From contig CAXXOU010000002.1 in the NCBI GenBank assembly GCA_963677495.2, positions 164,070 to 228,069 of the forward strand: a stretch of 64,000 nucleotides of DNA, written 5' to 3'. The position numbers and the translations under genes were made by a program. The notes under the pieces were generated by a model. That model saw only the letters and a list, made by a program, of their open reading frames with translations. It ran no database searches and had not been told where the DNA came from. Origin of the DNA: Candidatus Cloacimonadales bacterium (GTDB lineage Bacteria; Cloacimonadota; Cloacimonadia; Cloacimonadales; JAFGVF01). Of this stretch, positions 36,244 to 46,076 are shown in pieces. Position 1 is the first letter of the stretch; the number at the start of each line of letters is the position of its first letter.

Positions 36244-38262
36244 ATGGGGAGTCTCATGTATAGACCTAAGTTATCAATGCGAACAGTCCTTTTAGTGACG
36301 TTGTTATCCCAAGTTCTAATAGTGGCTTTTATTGTTGGATATATCTCATTTAGATCAAGTGAAAAATCGATTAGATCTCTAACAAATAGATCGTATATGA
36401 ATGAAAATAAAGCACTTAAGGCAGAGATTTCTCAGTTTCTTCAACCACCAATAGAGATAAACACGATGCAGGGTAATATGATAAGTGGGGGGCAATTAAA
36501 CTACAAGAATCAAGATCAGTTAATTGATCACTTTAAAAATGTTGCTTCCATGAGACACACGATAAATAGCATATATTTTGCTAACACTGAAGGTGGACTC
36601 GCAAATGCAGGCTTTGATAGAGATTCTAATAAGCCGTATGTGATTGAAACTGAAAACTTTCGAAGCGGAGTCTTTTCTAAATTTCGATTAGATCATGAAG
36701 GTAAAAAGGATTCATTGATTGTTACAATACCACATTTTGATGCCAGAACCCGACCCTGGTACAAGAAAGCTATTGAATCAGAGGAAGTAATCTGGAGTGA
36801 GGTATATCAAATGACTACAGGTGATGCATTAGGGTTATCCGCAAGTTGTGCTGTAAGAGATAAAAAGGGAAAACTTTTAGGAGTTATAGGGGTTGACTTG
36901 TTCCTCTCTTATATCAGTACTTTCCTTTCTCAGCGTGATATTATTGGGTCTACCTTTATTATGGAGGATTCAGGATTACTGATTGCATCGTCAGACAATG
37001 TTCCTCTCTTTTTCATGAGTGAAGATAAAAAACATAACCAAAGAATTAGGGCTAATAGCTCAAACAATGTGTTTGTTCAGAAAATAGCAAGATATATGGA
37101 ACAGTTTTATCCTAATCTTGGTAGTATAAAAGAAGATACCTTAATGGAATTCATGGATAAGAATGCTAAGTATTTAGTACTTGTTTCACCGTTTAAAATA
37201 TCAGAAGACGAAGTCTGGTTAATTGTATCCGGTGCTCCCGAAAACCTATTTTTAGCAGAAATTCATGAAAACAACAAAGTTATGCTAAGATATGTCTTGA
37301 TATTTGTGCTTATATCAATTCTTGTCGCATTATTATTAGCGAAGCTACTTTCCGATCCCCTAAAGAAACTTGATAAAAGTTTACATGAAATCTCTAGTGG
37401 TAATTGGATATCTAATCCTAAAGAATCTTTTATTAAAGAGCTTGATGATCTAGCAAATGAGACATTTAAAATGAATAACTCTCTGCAGAAATTGTTCCTA
37501 TCTCTCAACAAAGAGATTGCAAGACGTAAGATGACAGAGGAGCAGCTTCAAGTTTCGAAGGAGAAAGCTGAAGAAAGTAATAGGTTGAAATCCAGTTTCT
37601 TAGCTAATATGAGCCATGAGCTACGAACTCCGCTTTCAGGTGTGCTTGGATTCTCTGAGATTTTAACGGAAACTGAACTTGATGACAATCAGCTTGAGAT
37701 GGTAAATACCATTAATAATTCTGGTAAAACATTACTAAATACTCTAAACTTAATTCTAGATATATCCAGAATTGAATCTAACAGTCAGAATGTACATGTA
37801 ACCACTTTTGATCTCGACAAAGTGATTGATCGAGTTAGTAAATTGTTTAGTCCGCTTGCAACTGTTAAAGGGTTAGAAATAAAAGTAATTAGTAATCTTA
37901 TTGATTCTAATATGCAATCTGATAGTAGCTTGATAGAACATGTTCTCAATGAACTTGTTAATAATGCCATTAAGTATTCAGATGAAGGTATAATTTCAAT
38001 AATTTCATCTCAACGGGAAGGTTTTATAGATATAGAGGTCTTGGATAATGGGATAGGAATCCCAGAGGATAAACATGAGACTATTTTCGAAGCTTTCAGA
38101 CAAGCCAGTGAAGGACTCAATCGCAGGTATGATGGTTCTGGTCTGGGACTCACCTTGTGTAGAAATTATGCAAAACTGTTACGTGGAGATATTAAAGTCC
38201 AAAGCATCATGAAACAAGGAAGTAAATTCACTCTTGAGATACCTAGAGTAATTGAAGATTAA
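36244..38262 (+). CDS. Sensor histidine kinase (Cache-like periplasmic domain, HAMP, HisKA, HATPase_c)
   Basis: Contains RPWYKKA (Cache), a second TM followed by HAMP, H-box MSHELRTPLSG, N-box NNAIKYS, DNGIGIP and GSGLGLT. A TTGACA-17-TAATTA promoter lies at 36191. Confidence 0.85.
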   Translation: MGSLMYRPKLSMRTVLLVTLLSQVLIVAFIVGYISFRSSEKSIRSLTNRSYMNENKALKAEISQFLQPPIEINTMQGNMISGGQLNYKNQDQLIDHFKNVASMRHTINSIYFANTEGGLANAGFDRDSNKPYVIETENFRSGVFSKFRLDHEGKKDSLIVTIPHFDARTRPWYKKAIESEEVIWSEVYQMTTGDALGLSASCAVRDKKGKLLGVIGVDLFLSYISTFLSQRDIIGSTFIMEDSGLLIASSDNVPLFFMSEDKKHNQRIRANSSNNVFVQKIARYMEQFYPNLGSIKEDTLMEFMDKNAKYLVLVSPFKISEDEVWLIVSGAPENLFLAEIHENNKVMLRYVLIFVLISILVALLLAKLLSDPLKKLDKSLHEISSGNWISNPKESFIKELDDLANETFKMNNSLQKLFLSLNKEIARRKMTEEQLQVSKEKAEESNRLKSSFLANMSHELRTPLSGVLGFSEILTETELDDNQLEMVNTINNSGKTLLNTLNLILDISRIESNSQNVHVTTFDLDKVIDRVSKLFSPLATVKGLEIKVISNLIDSNMQSDSSLIEHVLNELVNNAIKYSDEGIISIISSQREGFIDIEVLDNGIGIPEDKHETIFEAFRQASEGLNRRYDGSGLGLTLCRNYAKLLRGDIKVQSIMKQGSKFTLEIPRVIED

Positions 38263-38477
38263 CGAATCTGTCAGAATAGTGGATTATTAACAATGAAGCC
38301 CCTTAATCTTAACATATCCAATTTAGCTCAATCTCCTTTGTTATAAACTAACAATGAACTATCAATGACTTAATGATTGACATTGATTGAATTCCTGCCA
38401 AACTTGTATCTAGGAATTCTCTATTCCGTTAATACTTGATTAAAATGTATCGGGAGATACCAAGATAAGGAGAAATA

Positions 38478-39728
38478 ATGAGTTCAGTTGCGATACTGGG
38501 TTGTATTTGGGGCGATGAAGCTAAGGCTAAAATAGTAGATGTTATGGGATCTGATGCAGATATAGTAGTTAGATTCCAAGGTGGCAGTAATGCCGGACAT
38601 ACGATAATCTGTGATGGAAAGAAGTATGTATTGCACATGATCCCTTCAGGAATTGTAACACCTAATCTACAATGTGTAATAGCTCCGGGAGTTGTTTTAA
38701 ACCCAATCGAAGTTATCGATGAAATAAAAAGTTTAAAGAATGCCGGGGTTAGCTTTGATGATAGAATGTTCATTGACCCAAGAGTAAGTCTTGTATTACC
38801 TATTCACAAAATCCTAGATTGTAAAGCTGAAGATGATTGTGCTCAAAAGAAGATTGGTACTACAAAACGTGGTATCGGACCTGCTTACTCAGATGCAGTT
38901 GCAAGAAAAGGACTTAAGCTATATCATCTTTATGACTTAGAAAACCTAGGAGCTAACTTAACAAAACTCTATAATTATCACAATATGGCACCTGAAGACC
39001 TTCTGAATGAGATTGAACAACTCAAAATGGCTGCTAAGTATTTAAAACCATTTGTAAAGCAAACTCCATATTTCCTAAACGAACAGTATAAAGCCGGCAA
39101 GAAGATAATCTTTGAAGGTGCACAAGGTTCACTTCTTGATATTACTTATGGAAGCTATCCATTTGTTACTTCTTCACACACAATCTCAGGTGGTATCTCA
39201 ATCGGATGTGGTGTTGCTCCTAGCAGGATTGATAAAATAATTGGTGTTTATAAAGCATACTTTACAAGAGTAGGTGAGGGAGCTTTTCCAACGGAGCTCT
39301 TTGATGCAACAGGAGAGCAGATAAGAACTCAAGGTAATGAATTTGGCTCTACTACCGGAAGACCTCGTAGATGTGGTTGGTTTGATGCTGTTGCCGGAAG
39401 ATATACAGCTATGCTTAACGGTCTTGATGAGATAGCTATTACACTCGTAGATGTGCTTGCAAAAGTTGGTGACCTTAAGATTTGTATTGCTTATGAAATA
39501 GAAGGTGAGACTGTTACAGAATTCCCTGCTGAAGCTTCTATGTTAGCAAAAGCTAAACCTGTTTATGAAAAAATGCCGGGTTGGGATGAGGATATTAGTG
39601 GTATCACCAACTATGAAGATTTACCACAAAATGCTAAGAACTATATAAAACGTGTCGAAGAACTACTAGAGACCCCTGTTAAGATAGTTTCAGTGGGTCC
39701 CGACAGAAAACAGACAATATTCCTTTAA
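38478..39728 (+). CDS. purA: Adenylosuccinate synthetase
   Basis: Motifs GGSNAGHT, GTTKRGIGPAY, GAQGSLLDI..GSYPFVTSS and FGSTTGRPRRCGWFD. The P-loop reads GDEAKAK instead of the canonical GDEGKGK. Confidence 0.9.
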   Translation: MSSVAILGCIWGDEAKAKIVDVMGSDADIVVRFQGGSNAGHTIICDGKKYVLHMIPSGIVTPNLQCVIAPGVVLNPIEVIDEIKSLKNAGVSFDDRMFIDPRVSLVLPIHKILDCKAEDDCAQKKIGTTKRGIGPAYSDAVARKGLKLYHLYDLENLGANLTKLYNYHNMAPEDLLNEIEQLKMAAKYLKPFVKQTPYFLNEQYKAGKKIIFEGAQGSLLDITYGSYPFVTSSHTISGGISIGCGVAPSRIDKIIGVYKAYFTRVGEGAFPTELFDATGEQIRTQGNEFGSTTGRPRRCGWFDAVAGRYTAMLNGLDEIAITLVDVLAKVGDLKICIAYEIEGETVTEFPAEASMLAKAKPVYEKMPGWDEDISGITNYEDLPQNAKNYIKRVEELLETPVKIVSVGPDRKQTIFL

Positions 39729-39743
39729 TAGTTAGGAGGTCTT

Positions 39744-40931
39744 ATGAAACGAGTGTTATTAATTTTACTCGTATGTGTGATTGGTGTACTTGGAGCTCAA
39801 AAGCTTGAGTTTACTGCTCCTTGGTACTTGAACAGTTTTTATGATTATTACTCTGATAATTATGTTGGAACTAAAGCTGCCGGACGTGGTTATACCGGAA
39901 CATCTGTGATGGGAAACATAGATAATGTTTTCCTTAATCCCGCTGCATTCAAGACAGACTCATTTCATGTTTATTATGAAATGAACGCTAAGATGCCGGC
40001 TGATGAAATCAACAGTAATGCTCCCGGTGATTTGACTTCTCCCGGTGCCTTAGGTATGGTGGGTATTAGCTCTCAGATTATGGAGAATCTGAACGTTGGT
40101 TTCTCTTACAGTATCCTTAAGTCAATTCAATATGACAGGATTAGGGTTGAGCTTATGCAAGCTCCCGGTAACTACACATTTAGAGATCCTAAGTTTGTTG
40201 ATAAAGTACTAACGCTTTCAACTTCTTACCAATGGAATTGCTTCTCCTTTGGTTTGAATGTTATGAACCATATATATGACTTTGAAGATTATGTGATTTA
40301 TGGTTCTGCCCCTTTTGCCTTAAACGACTTTAGAGAGAGTGTTGTAAGATTCCAACCCGGTGTATATTGGAGTAACAAAAAGTTTGCTGCCGGTGTGTCC
40401 TTTACTCCTTCTACATCATACGATTTTGAAACAGATTTCTTAACATATGATACTACTTTACCGACTGTAGTAAATGGTGGTATCTCTGTTACACTGAACA
40501 AACTTCTACTTGCGTTAGATGTTAGCCATGAGTTCTGTTCTCAGATGGATGATGCCTTTGATGATAGATTGAATATTAGGACAGGTCTTGAGTATAAAGT
40601 GAAGCAGTATGCATATCGAGTAGGATTCATACATCGTCCTGCTGTTTGGAAAGGACGTTTTGAAGTCCCTGAATATATAGCTCCCGGAGACGAGAGTGAA
40701 GTGTTTGAATATACACTTGACGAAATCTTCCAGTTCGAAGAGGGACTAGTTGAAGAAACAGAGCAGAACATGATTACTCTCGGTGTAGGCTGGGGTAATG
40801 ATTTCTTTGGCGTGGATGGTGCTTTAGTACAAGATGTAACCGGAAATGTACAAAATACACAGCTCCATGCATCAATATATATGAACTTAGACCCAATCTT
40901 CAAGATTGTTCTGCACGATAGAGCTAAGTAA
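39744..40931 (+). CDS. Outer-membrane beta-barrel-like hypothetical protein
   Basis: 395 aa with the signal peptide MKRVLLILLVCVIGVLGAQ. The composition is G/Y/F-rich with alternating residues. Confidence 0.5.
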   Translation: MKRVLLILLVCVIGVLGAQKLEFTAPWYLNSFYDYYSDNYVGTKAAGRGYTGTSVMGNIDNVFLNPAAFKTDSFHVYYEMNAKMPADEINSNAPGDLTSPGALGMVGISSQIMENLNVGFSYSILKSIQYDRIRVELMQAPGNYTFRDPKFVDKVLTLSTSYQWNCFSFGLNVMNHIYDFEDYVIYGSAPFALNDFRESVVRFQPGVYWSNKKFAAGVSFTPSTSYDFETDFLTYDTTLPTVVNGGISVTLNKLLLALDVSHEFCSQMDDAFDDRLNIRTGLEYKVKQYAYRVGFIHRPAVWKGRFEVPEYIAPGDESEVFEYTLDEIFQFEEGLVEETEQNMITLGVGWGNDFFGVDGALVQDVTGNVQNTQLHASIYMNLDPIFKIVLHDRAK

Positions 40932-42064
40932 TGACTAAGCTGTTTGTTGGAGAATTTAAAGAATATGATGCTCAGGAGTTATATGAGTACTTTAAAGAGC
41001 ACTTCGAAACCATAAACTTTTGGGAAAAGCTCAAAGATAAGAAAACAATTTTACTTAAACCAAACCTTTTGGGTGCATTTGCACCCGAAAGGGCGGTTAC
41101 AACTCATCCTGCTATAGTAGATGCCATAATGCAATTACTCTCTGAACATGACAAAGAGATTTGGATTGGAGACAGTCCCGGTGGAACTGTTAAACCCCAG
41201 AAAGCATGGCGTGTTACCGGGCTGGGAGCAATTGCTGAAAAGTATGGAGCTAAAGTTATTCAGTTTGGTGAAAATGGTGTCAGAACTCTAAGCAATAATG
41301 GAGAAGAATATCCTGTTACAGAAGATATATTCAATGCTGATGCCTGCATTAATCTTTGTAAGTATAAAACTCATAGTATGGCTCGATATACGGGAGCTGT
41401 AAAGAATCTTTATGGTTTAATCCCGGGTTTAGAAAAGGTGACTCTTCATACTAGATACACAAATATGAATAGTTTTGGAGAGTTTGTTGCTGACCTTTAC
41501 AGGCAAACTAAAGATTGTTTTATTTATCACATCCTGGATGGAATAGTTGGTATGGAGGGTGAGGGACCTTCATCAGGAAACCCAAGAGATTTTGGCGTAA
41601 TTATCCATTCCGAGAAAGGTTCTGCAGTTGACTATCTGGCCACAAAGATGATGGGATTTGATTGGCATGAACTTCCTATGATTGCAAGAGCTCTCCATCA
41701 TGACGGTGTTTTGCCTTCTCGCATTGAGGTAGATGATAAGTGGAAAGATTTCTTGTTTGAGGATGTCGATTTAGCTGCTGTTAACTTAAGAAGTAAATTT
41801 ATGTCTCTATTACCCAATCGAACTGAGCAGGTAATGACAAAACTGATGAAGTACTATCCTGCCTTTAATGAAAAATGTCGTCTATGTAAAATATGTGTGA
41901 AGAGTTGTCCTGAACAAGCGATAAAATACACGAAAGGGGATAAGCATCCCGAGATAGATTTGAATAAATGTATTCGGTGTATGTGTTGTCATGAGTTTTG
42001 CCCGTATGAAGCAATATATATACACAAATCATTTTTCACTAAACTTGTTTTCGGAGATCGTTAA
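40931..42064 (+). CDS. DUF362-domain protein with a C-terminal 2x[4Fe-4S] ferredoxin domain
   Basis: Contains KPNLLG..., GDSPGG and a C-terminal CRLCKICVKSCP ... CIRCMCCHEFCP. Confidence 0.7.
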   Translation: MTKLFVGEFKEYDAQELYEYFKEHFETINFWEKLKDKKTILLKPNLLGAFAPERAVTTHPAIVDAIMQLLSEHDKEIWIGDSPGGTVKPQKAWRVTGLGAIAEKYGAKVIQFGENGVRTLSNNGEEYPVTEDIFNADACINLCKYKTHSMARYTGAVKNLYGLIPGLEKVTLHTRYTNMNSFGEFVADLYRQTKDCFIYHILDGIVGMEGEGPSSGNPRDFGVIIHSEKGSAVDYLATKMMGFDWHELPMIARALHHDGVLPSRIEVDDKWKDFLFEDVDLAAVNLRSKFMSLLPNRTEQVMTKLMKYYPAFNEKCRLCKICVKSCPEQAIKYTKGDKHPEIDLNKCIRCMCCHEFCPYEAIYIHKSFFTKLVFGDR

Positions 42065-42163
42065 GCTCTGAGTGATAGAGATAAAAATAATATAGCAAGA
42101 AAACAAATATTTGGTTTGACAAGAAAACTAAACCTCTTTTATTAAGGGGAATCAGGAGGAGAT

Positions 42164-42475
42164 ATGAAAAGAAAAAACGAAAAGTCCAAGAAATCTACCT
42201 TGCGCATAGTTCTCATCTGTGTATTTCTTTCTGTTGTATATCTTGCATTCTTTGACCATTACAGCTTTCTTAAAGTTGTTAAAACTAAAGCTAAATCAAC
42301 AAGACTAAAGAAAGAGTTAGCTGAAGTTAAAGAAAAGAACGAGCAGTTGAAAGAGAAGAATGTAGCTCTTAAGAAAGATGATGATGAGATTGAACGTATT
42401 GCCCGAGAAGAATATGGGTATCGTGGAAAAGATGAAAATGAAGTAAGATTTATAGATAAAAAAGAGATAAAATAG
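42164..42475 (+). CDS. Septum formation initiator family protein (FtsB/DivIC-like)
   Basis: 103 aa with an N-terminal TM, a coiled coil and the C-terminal [13 protein letters not shown] motif. Confidence 0.7.
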   Translation: MKRKNEKSKKSTLRIVLICVFLSVVYLAFFDHYSFLKVVKTKAKSTRLKKELAEVKEKNEQLKEKNVALKKDDDEIERIAREEYGYRGKDENEVRFIDKKEIK

Positions 42476-42483
42476 AGGAATTT

Positions 42484-43587
42484 ATGGCAAAAGTTGTAGT
42501 ATCAGATGTAAACAAAATATATGAAAATGGTTTTCATGCGGTAAAGGGTGCAGACTTCGTTGCTGAAGATAAAGAGTTCGTTGTGCTTGTAGGGCCGTCA
42601 GGCTGTGGTAAAACAACTACTTTACGGTTGATTGCAGGTTTGGAAGATATCACTAACGGTAAAATTTCAATTGGTGAGAAGGTTGTGAATGACGTACTTC
42701 CAAAAGATAGAGATATTGCTATGGTGTTCCAGAACTATGCTTTATATCCTCATATGACTGTTTTCAATAATATGGCCTTTGCTCTTAAGCTTCGCAAAAC
42801 TCCTAAGTCTGAGATTAATGAGAAGGTGCAATATGCTGCGAAACTTCTTGGTATTGAACATCTATTAGACAGAAAACCAAAACAACTTTCAGGTGGACAA
42901 AGACAGCGTGTAGCTCTTGGTCGTGCTATTGTGAGAAACCCGAAAGTGTTCCTCTTTGATGAACCATTGTCTAACTTGGATGCGAAACTTCGCGTACAAA
43001 TGAGAGCTGAGATTTCAAAACTTCATAAGAAGTTAGCTACAACAATGATTTATGTCACTCATGATCAGGTAGAAGCTATGACAATGGCAGACAAGATTGT
43101 TGTGATGAAAGATGGAATCATCAATCAGATAGACTCTCCTCTTAATGTTTATAATCATCCTTCTAATCTCTTTGTTGCCGGTTTTATTGGTAGCCCATCA
43201 ATTAATATCTTCCACGGTAAATTGAATAAAGAAGGTGATAAGCTCTACTTCACAGCTAATAATTTCAAGCTTGAGCTTTCAGAGAAGCACGAGAAACACG
43301 TGAAGCACCTTGAAAATAAAGAGATTATTATGGGCATTCGCCCTGAAGATATATATGACTCAGAATATGATGCAATGGCTTCAAATCCACAGCGTATCAA
43401 TGCTGTCTGTGATTTAGTAGAGCCAATGGGTAATGAGTTTACTGTATTCTTTGTTTGTGGGGACGACAAATTTACAGCTAGATTCGATCCTAAGAAGTTT
43501 CCTGCATTAAATGCTGAGATGTCCGTAACTTTCGATATGGATAAGATTCACTTCTTCGATAAAGAATCTGAGGAGTGCATCTACTAA
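42484..43587 (+). CDS. ABC transporter ATP-binding protein, MalK/UgpC/MsmX-like (no permease or binding-protein genes adjacent)
   Basis: Walker [10 protein letters not shown], signature [14 protein letters not shown], Walker [11 protein letters not shown], and a C-terminal regulatory/TOBE-like extension. Confidence 0.85.
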   Translation: MAKVVVSDVNKIYENGFHAVKGADFVAEDKEFVVLVGPSGCGKTTTLRLIAGLEDITNGKISIGEKVVNDVLPKDRDIAMVFQNYALYPHMTVFNNMAFALKLRKTPKSEINEKVQYAAKLLGIEHLLDRKPKQLSGGQRQRVALGRAIVRNPKVFLFDEPLSNLDAKLRVQMRAEISKLHKKLATTMIYVTHDQVEAMTMADKIVVMKDGIINQIDSPLNVYNHPSNLFVAGFIGSPSINIFHGKLNKEGDKLYFTANNFKLELSEKHEKHVKHLENKEIIMGIRPEDIYDSEYDAMASNPQRINAVCDLVEPMGNEFTVFFVCGDDKFTARFDPKKFPALNAEMSVTFDMDKIHFFDKESEECIY

Positions 43588-43598
43588 ACTAGTTTTTA

Positions 43599-43628
43599 GC
43601 CCCTGAGAAATCAGGGGCATATTTCTTC
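43599..43628 (+). terminator. Terminator hairpin
   Basis: GCCCCTGA-gaaa-TCAGGGGC is followed by a T-rich tail. Confidence 0.6.
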
Positions 43629-43644
43629 CCATCCGGATATTGCG

Positions 43645-44397
43645 ATGAAGCTAAAATCGTTCATGCTTGGGATAATTCTATACATATCTGTTTTTTGCTT
43701 TTCAAGTCAGTTATACCTCAAAGAAACTCCATTTAAGATTGCATCTTCCGGTATTAACGCTCCACTCAACTCTCATAGAACTGCAACCACAGGAATTATT
43801 TACTATTTTGAAGAGTCAGATCTTATCTCTCAACAACTATCTTACCAAGATCATACCTCCCTTTTTTATTACAAAGTGAATGCAGCTAATCTATCAAATT
43901 CAATGATAAGTGAGCTCTTGTTGACAGGGAGTCTTGGATATACAATCAAAGACTATGTTGGGGGCATTTCTTTATCATGTTCCTACAGTAAAGCTAAAGG
44001 GTATGATGATGTAACTTCATTCTCCGGTGATTTATGGAGTAACTGGAGAATTGCTATGCTTACAGCACTTTTTAAAACTCATAATCTACTCACTTTAGCA
44101 AAAAGCGATCTAGACTTTCAAAAAGGGATTACTCTTGACTTTTGGTGGAAAGAGATGGAGTACTTAGAGCTTGGTACTACAATTGAACTCGAAGAGGAGC
44201 ATCCCACTTCATTTTCGTTATGCTCTGTTATTAATACTAATGATATATTATCATTGATTGCAAGTTATAAAACAGCGACTAATTCTTTGAGCTATGGTGT
44301 GAGAATCAACTTTAACTCATTTGAATTGGTTTATGGTCTTAGAACTCACACAGAATTACAAGCAACACATGCGTTATCCATTGCCTACTCCTGGTAG
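43645..44397 (+). CDS. Hypothetical secreted protein
   Basis: 250 aa with an N-terminal hydrophobic signal-like segment. Confidence 0.45.
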   Translation: MKLKSFMLGIILYISVFCFSSQLYLKETPFKIASSGINAPLNSHRTATTGIIYYFEESDLISQQLSYQDHTSLFYYKVNAANLSNSMISELLLTGSLGYTIKDYVGGISLSCSYSKAKGYDDVTSFSGDLWSNWRIAMLTALFKTHNLLTLAKSDLDFQKGITLDFWWKEMEYLELGTTIELEEEHPTSFSLCSVINTNDILSLIASYKTATNSLSYGVRINFNSFELVYGLRTHTELQATHALSIAYSW

Positions 44398-45949
44398 TCT
44401 AGTTGCTGTAATACTACTATTATTATGTGTCACATTGCTTTGTGCTTATGAGCTATTCGTCGATGAAGTTGAACTTGCGAACTATATTGAAGATAAAGAA
44501 ATCATTGATTTTATATTGGAGAATGGGATTGATGTAAATAGCATTTCAACAACTGCACTTAAAGACTTAGGTATTAATGACTACGATATCGAAGAGATAT
44601 TGAAAGTGAGAGAAAACTTTAGGGTTATGAAAATGTCTCAACTCAGAAAGCTGCTAAAACACGATAACTCTCTATTTATCTATGAAGAATATTTATGCTT
44701 TAGTAACCGTAAGGGTAAGAAATTTGAGCTAAAAGGTTTAGTGAATGGTAAGTATAATGATGCTGAATATCAGTTTGCTGCAAACGTGTATTCTAAGATA
44801 AATGATAACAAGCTGTCTCTTGTTGTAAACAATCAGGATGCTGCAACTTCCGCGAAGTTCTGCTCTTGGTCTGAATCCAGGTCAAATATTAATTATGCCA
44901 TTGGGAACTTTAAACCCCATTTTGGGATGGGACTAGTATGGCAGGGCTCTCATAATCAAAACAAGAACTTTTTGCCGACCACATCACTTTGGAATAAACC
45001 CAACAGAAAAGGCGCATTGCTGACATATAGGAGCGATAATTTATCCATCACTACTGTTTACAATTATGATGCAGATATACCTGATAAGACAGTTCAATTG
45101 CCAAATGAAGATGCAGTAGCTTGTACATATGGATTAAATATAAAGTATTATGATGTAGGAATATTGTTAAGTAGGCAGATTGTGCAAAAAGAGTATGTTA
45201 GGGATATTCTGAGTGTTGCTGTAAAAAGAGATATTGGTATCTCTAATCTTAATCTCGAGTATGTATATGATAGTAGTAGTTCAATCATTATGTTGTTAAG
45301 AACAAAATGGGAGTTACTTGAACAAGATGTTATAATAAACTATGTTAATGACAGCTTAAAACACCCTTTTTCAAATTATTATAATGATTATTATTACTGC
45401 AACTCTTTCGAGAAATATGCTTGGAGTCTTAAATATAGAATAGGTACATGCTACCCACATTTTCGGACAGAAATTAGTAAAAGTAAAGAAATGAGTAGTT
45501 ATGACAGCATGCATCAACTAGGCATAAGAGTGTCAGGGAAAAGAGTATCACCAAGATTTTCGATTAACTACAAAAGTAGACTTGACAAAGAGGAGTGGAA
45601 GGGCTCAGCAATTATAAACACATGCATTAATAAATGGTTAGCGAACAGACTCATTTTGAGTTCTCTTATTCAAGGAGACAAGTTCGCTACAATAGTTAGA
45701 TTCAGAATAAGCTATTCCGATAGATCGTTCCAAAGTTTCGTAGAGTTAACTGCTTCAACATCTGAGTTTGAAGTCTTTGGAAGTGATTCTGATTATAACA
45801 ACGAAGTAGTAGAGATAGATAATAGTTACAGGTTAGAAACAGGTGGTAGTTTTAAGCTTTATGAGAACTCGAAAATAAAGGGTAAAGTAGGCTATAACAT
45901 ATTGAGTGAAAAGCTTACAACTTCAATATGGATAGTATATAATTATTAA
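44369..45949 (+). CDS. Hypothetical protein with an N-terminal anchor and a helix-hairpin-helix-like segment
   Basis: The ORF track starts it at 44321. I prefer the ATG at 44369 (MRYPLPTPGSLVAVILLLLCVTLLC), which is followed by a signal/anchor. Confidence 0.45.
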   Translation: MRYPLPTPGSLVAVILLLLCVTLLCAYELFVDEVELANYIEDKEIIDFILENGIDVNSISTTALKDLGINDYDIEEILKVRENFRVMKMSQLRKLLKHDNSLFIYEEYLCFSNRKGKKFELKGLVNGKYNDAEYQFAANVYSKINDNKLSLVVNNQDAATSAKFCSWSESRSNINYAIGNFKPHFGMGLVWQGSHNQNKNFLPTTSLWNKPNRKGALLTYRSDNLSITTVYNYDADIPDKTVQLPNEDAVACTYGLNIKYYDVGILLSRQIVQKEYVRDILSVAVKRDIGISNLNLEYVYDSSSSIIMLLRTKWELLEQDVIINYVNDSLKHPFSNYYNDYYYCNSFEKYAWSLKYRIGTCYPHFRTEISKSKEMSSYDSMHQLGIRVSGKRVSPRFSINYKSRLDKEEWKGSAIINTCINKWLANRLILSSLIQGDKFATIVRFRISYSDRSFQSFVELTASTSEFEVFGSDSDYNNEVVEIDNSYRLETGGSFKLYENSKIKGKVGYNILSEKLTTSIWIVYNY

Positions 45950-46076
45950 TGATTTAGATAAAGTTATGTTGAATAGTAGTTTACTAGATGTATACTCGGT
46001 TATAGGATTTTGCTCTATATTTTGTTATTGACAATTCTTCAAAGAGTTACAACCATTGAGCCATGGGGAAAATTAT

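Noticed and set aside
38478-39728. The PurA homolog as a phage-type PurZ (2-aminoadenine pathway) because of its odd P-loop.
   Set aside because: It has the full length (416 aa) and the canonical IMP and aspartate motifs of bacterial PurA. Its context is chromosomal, with no datZ/mazZ-like genes or other phage genes.
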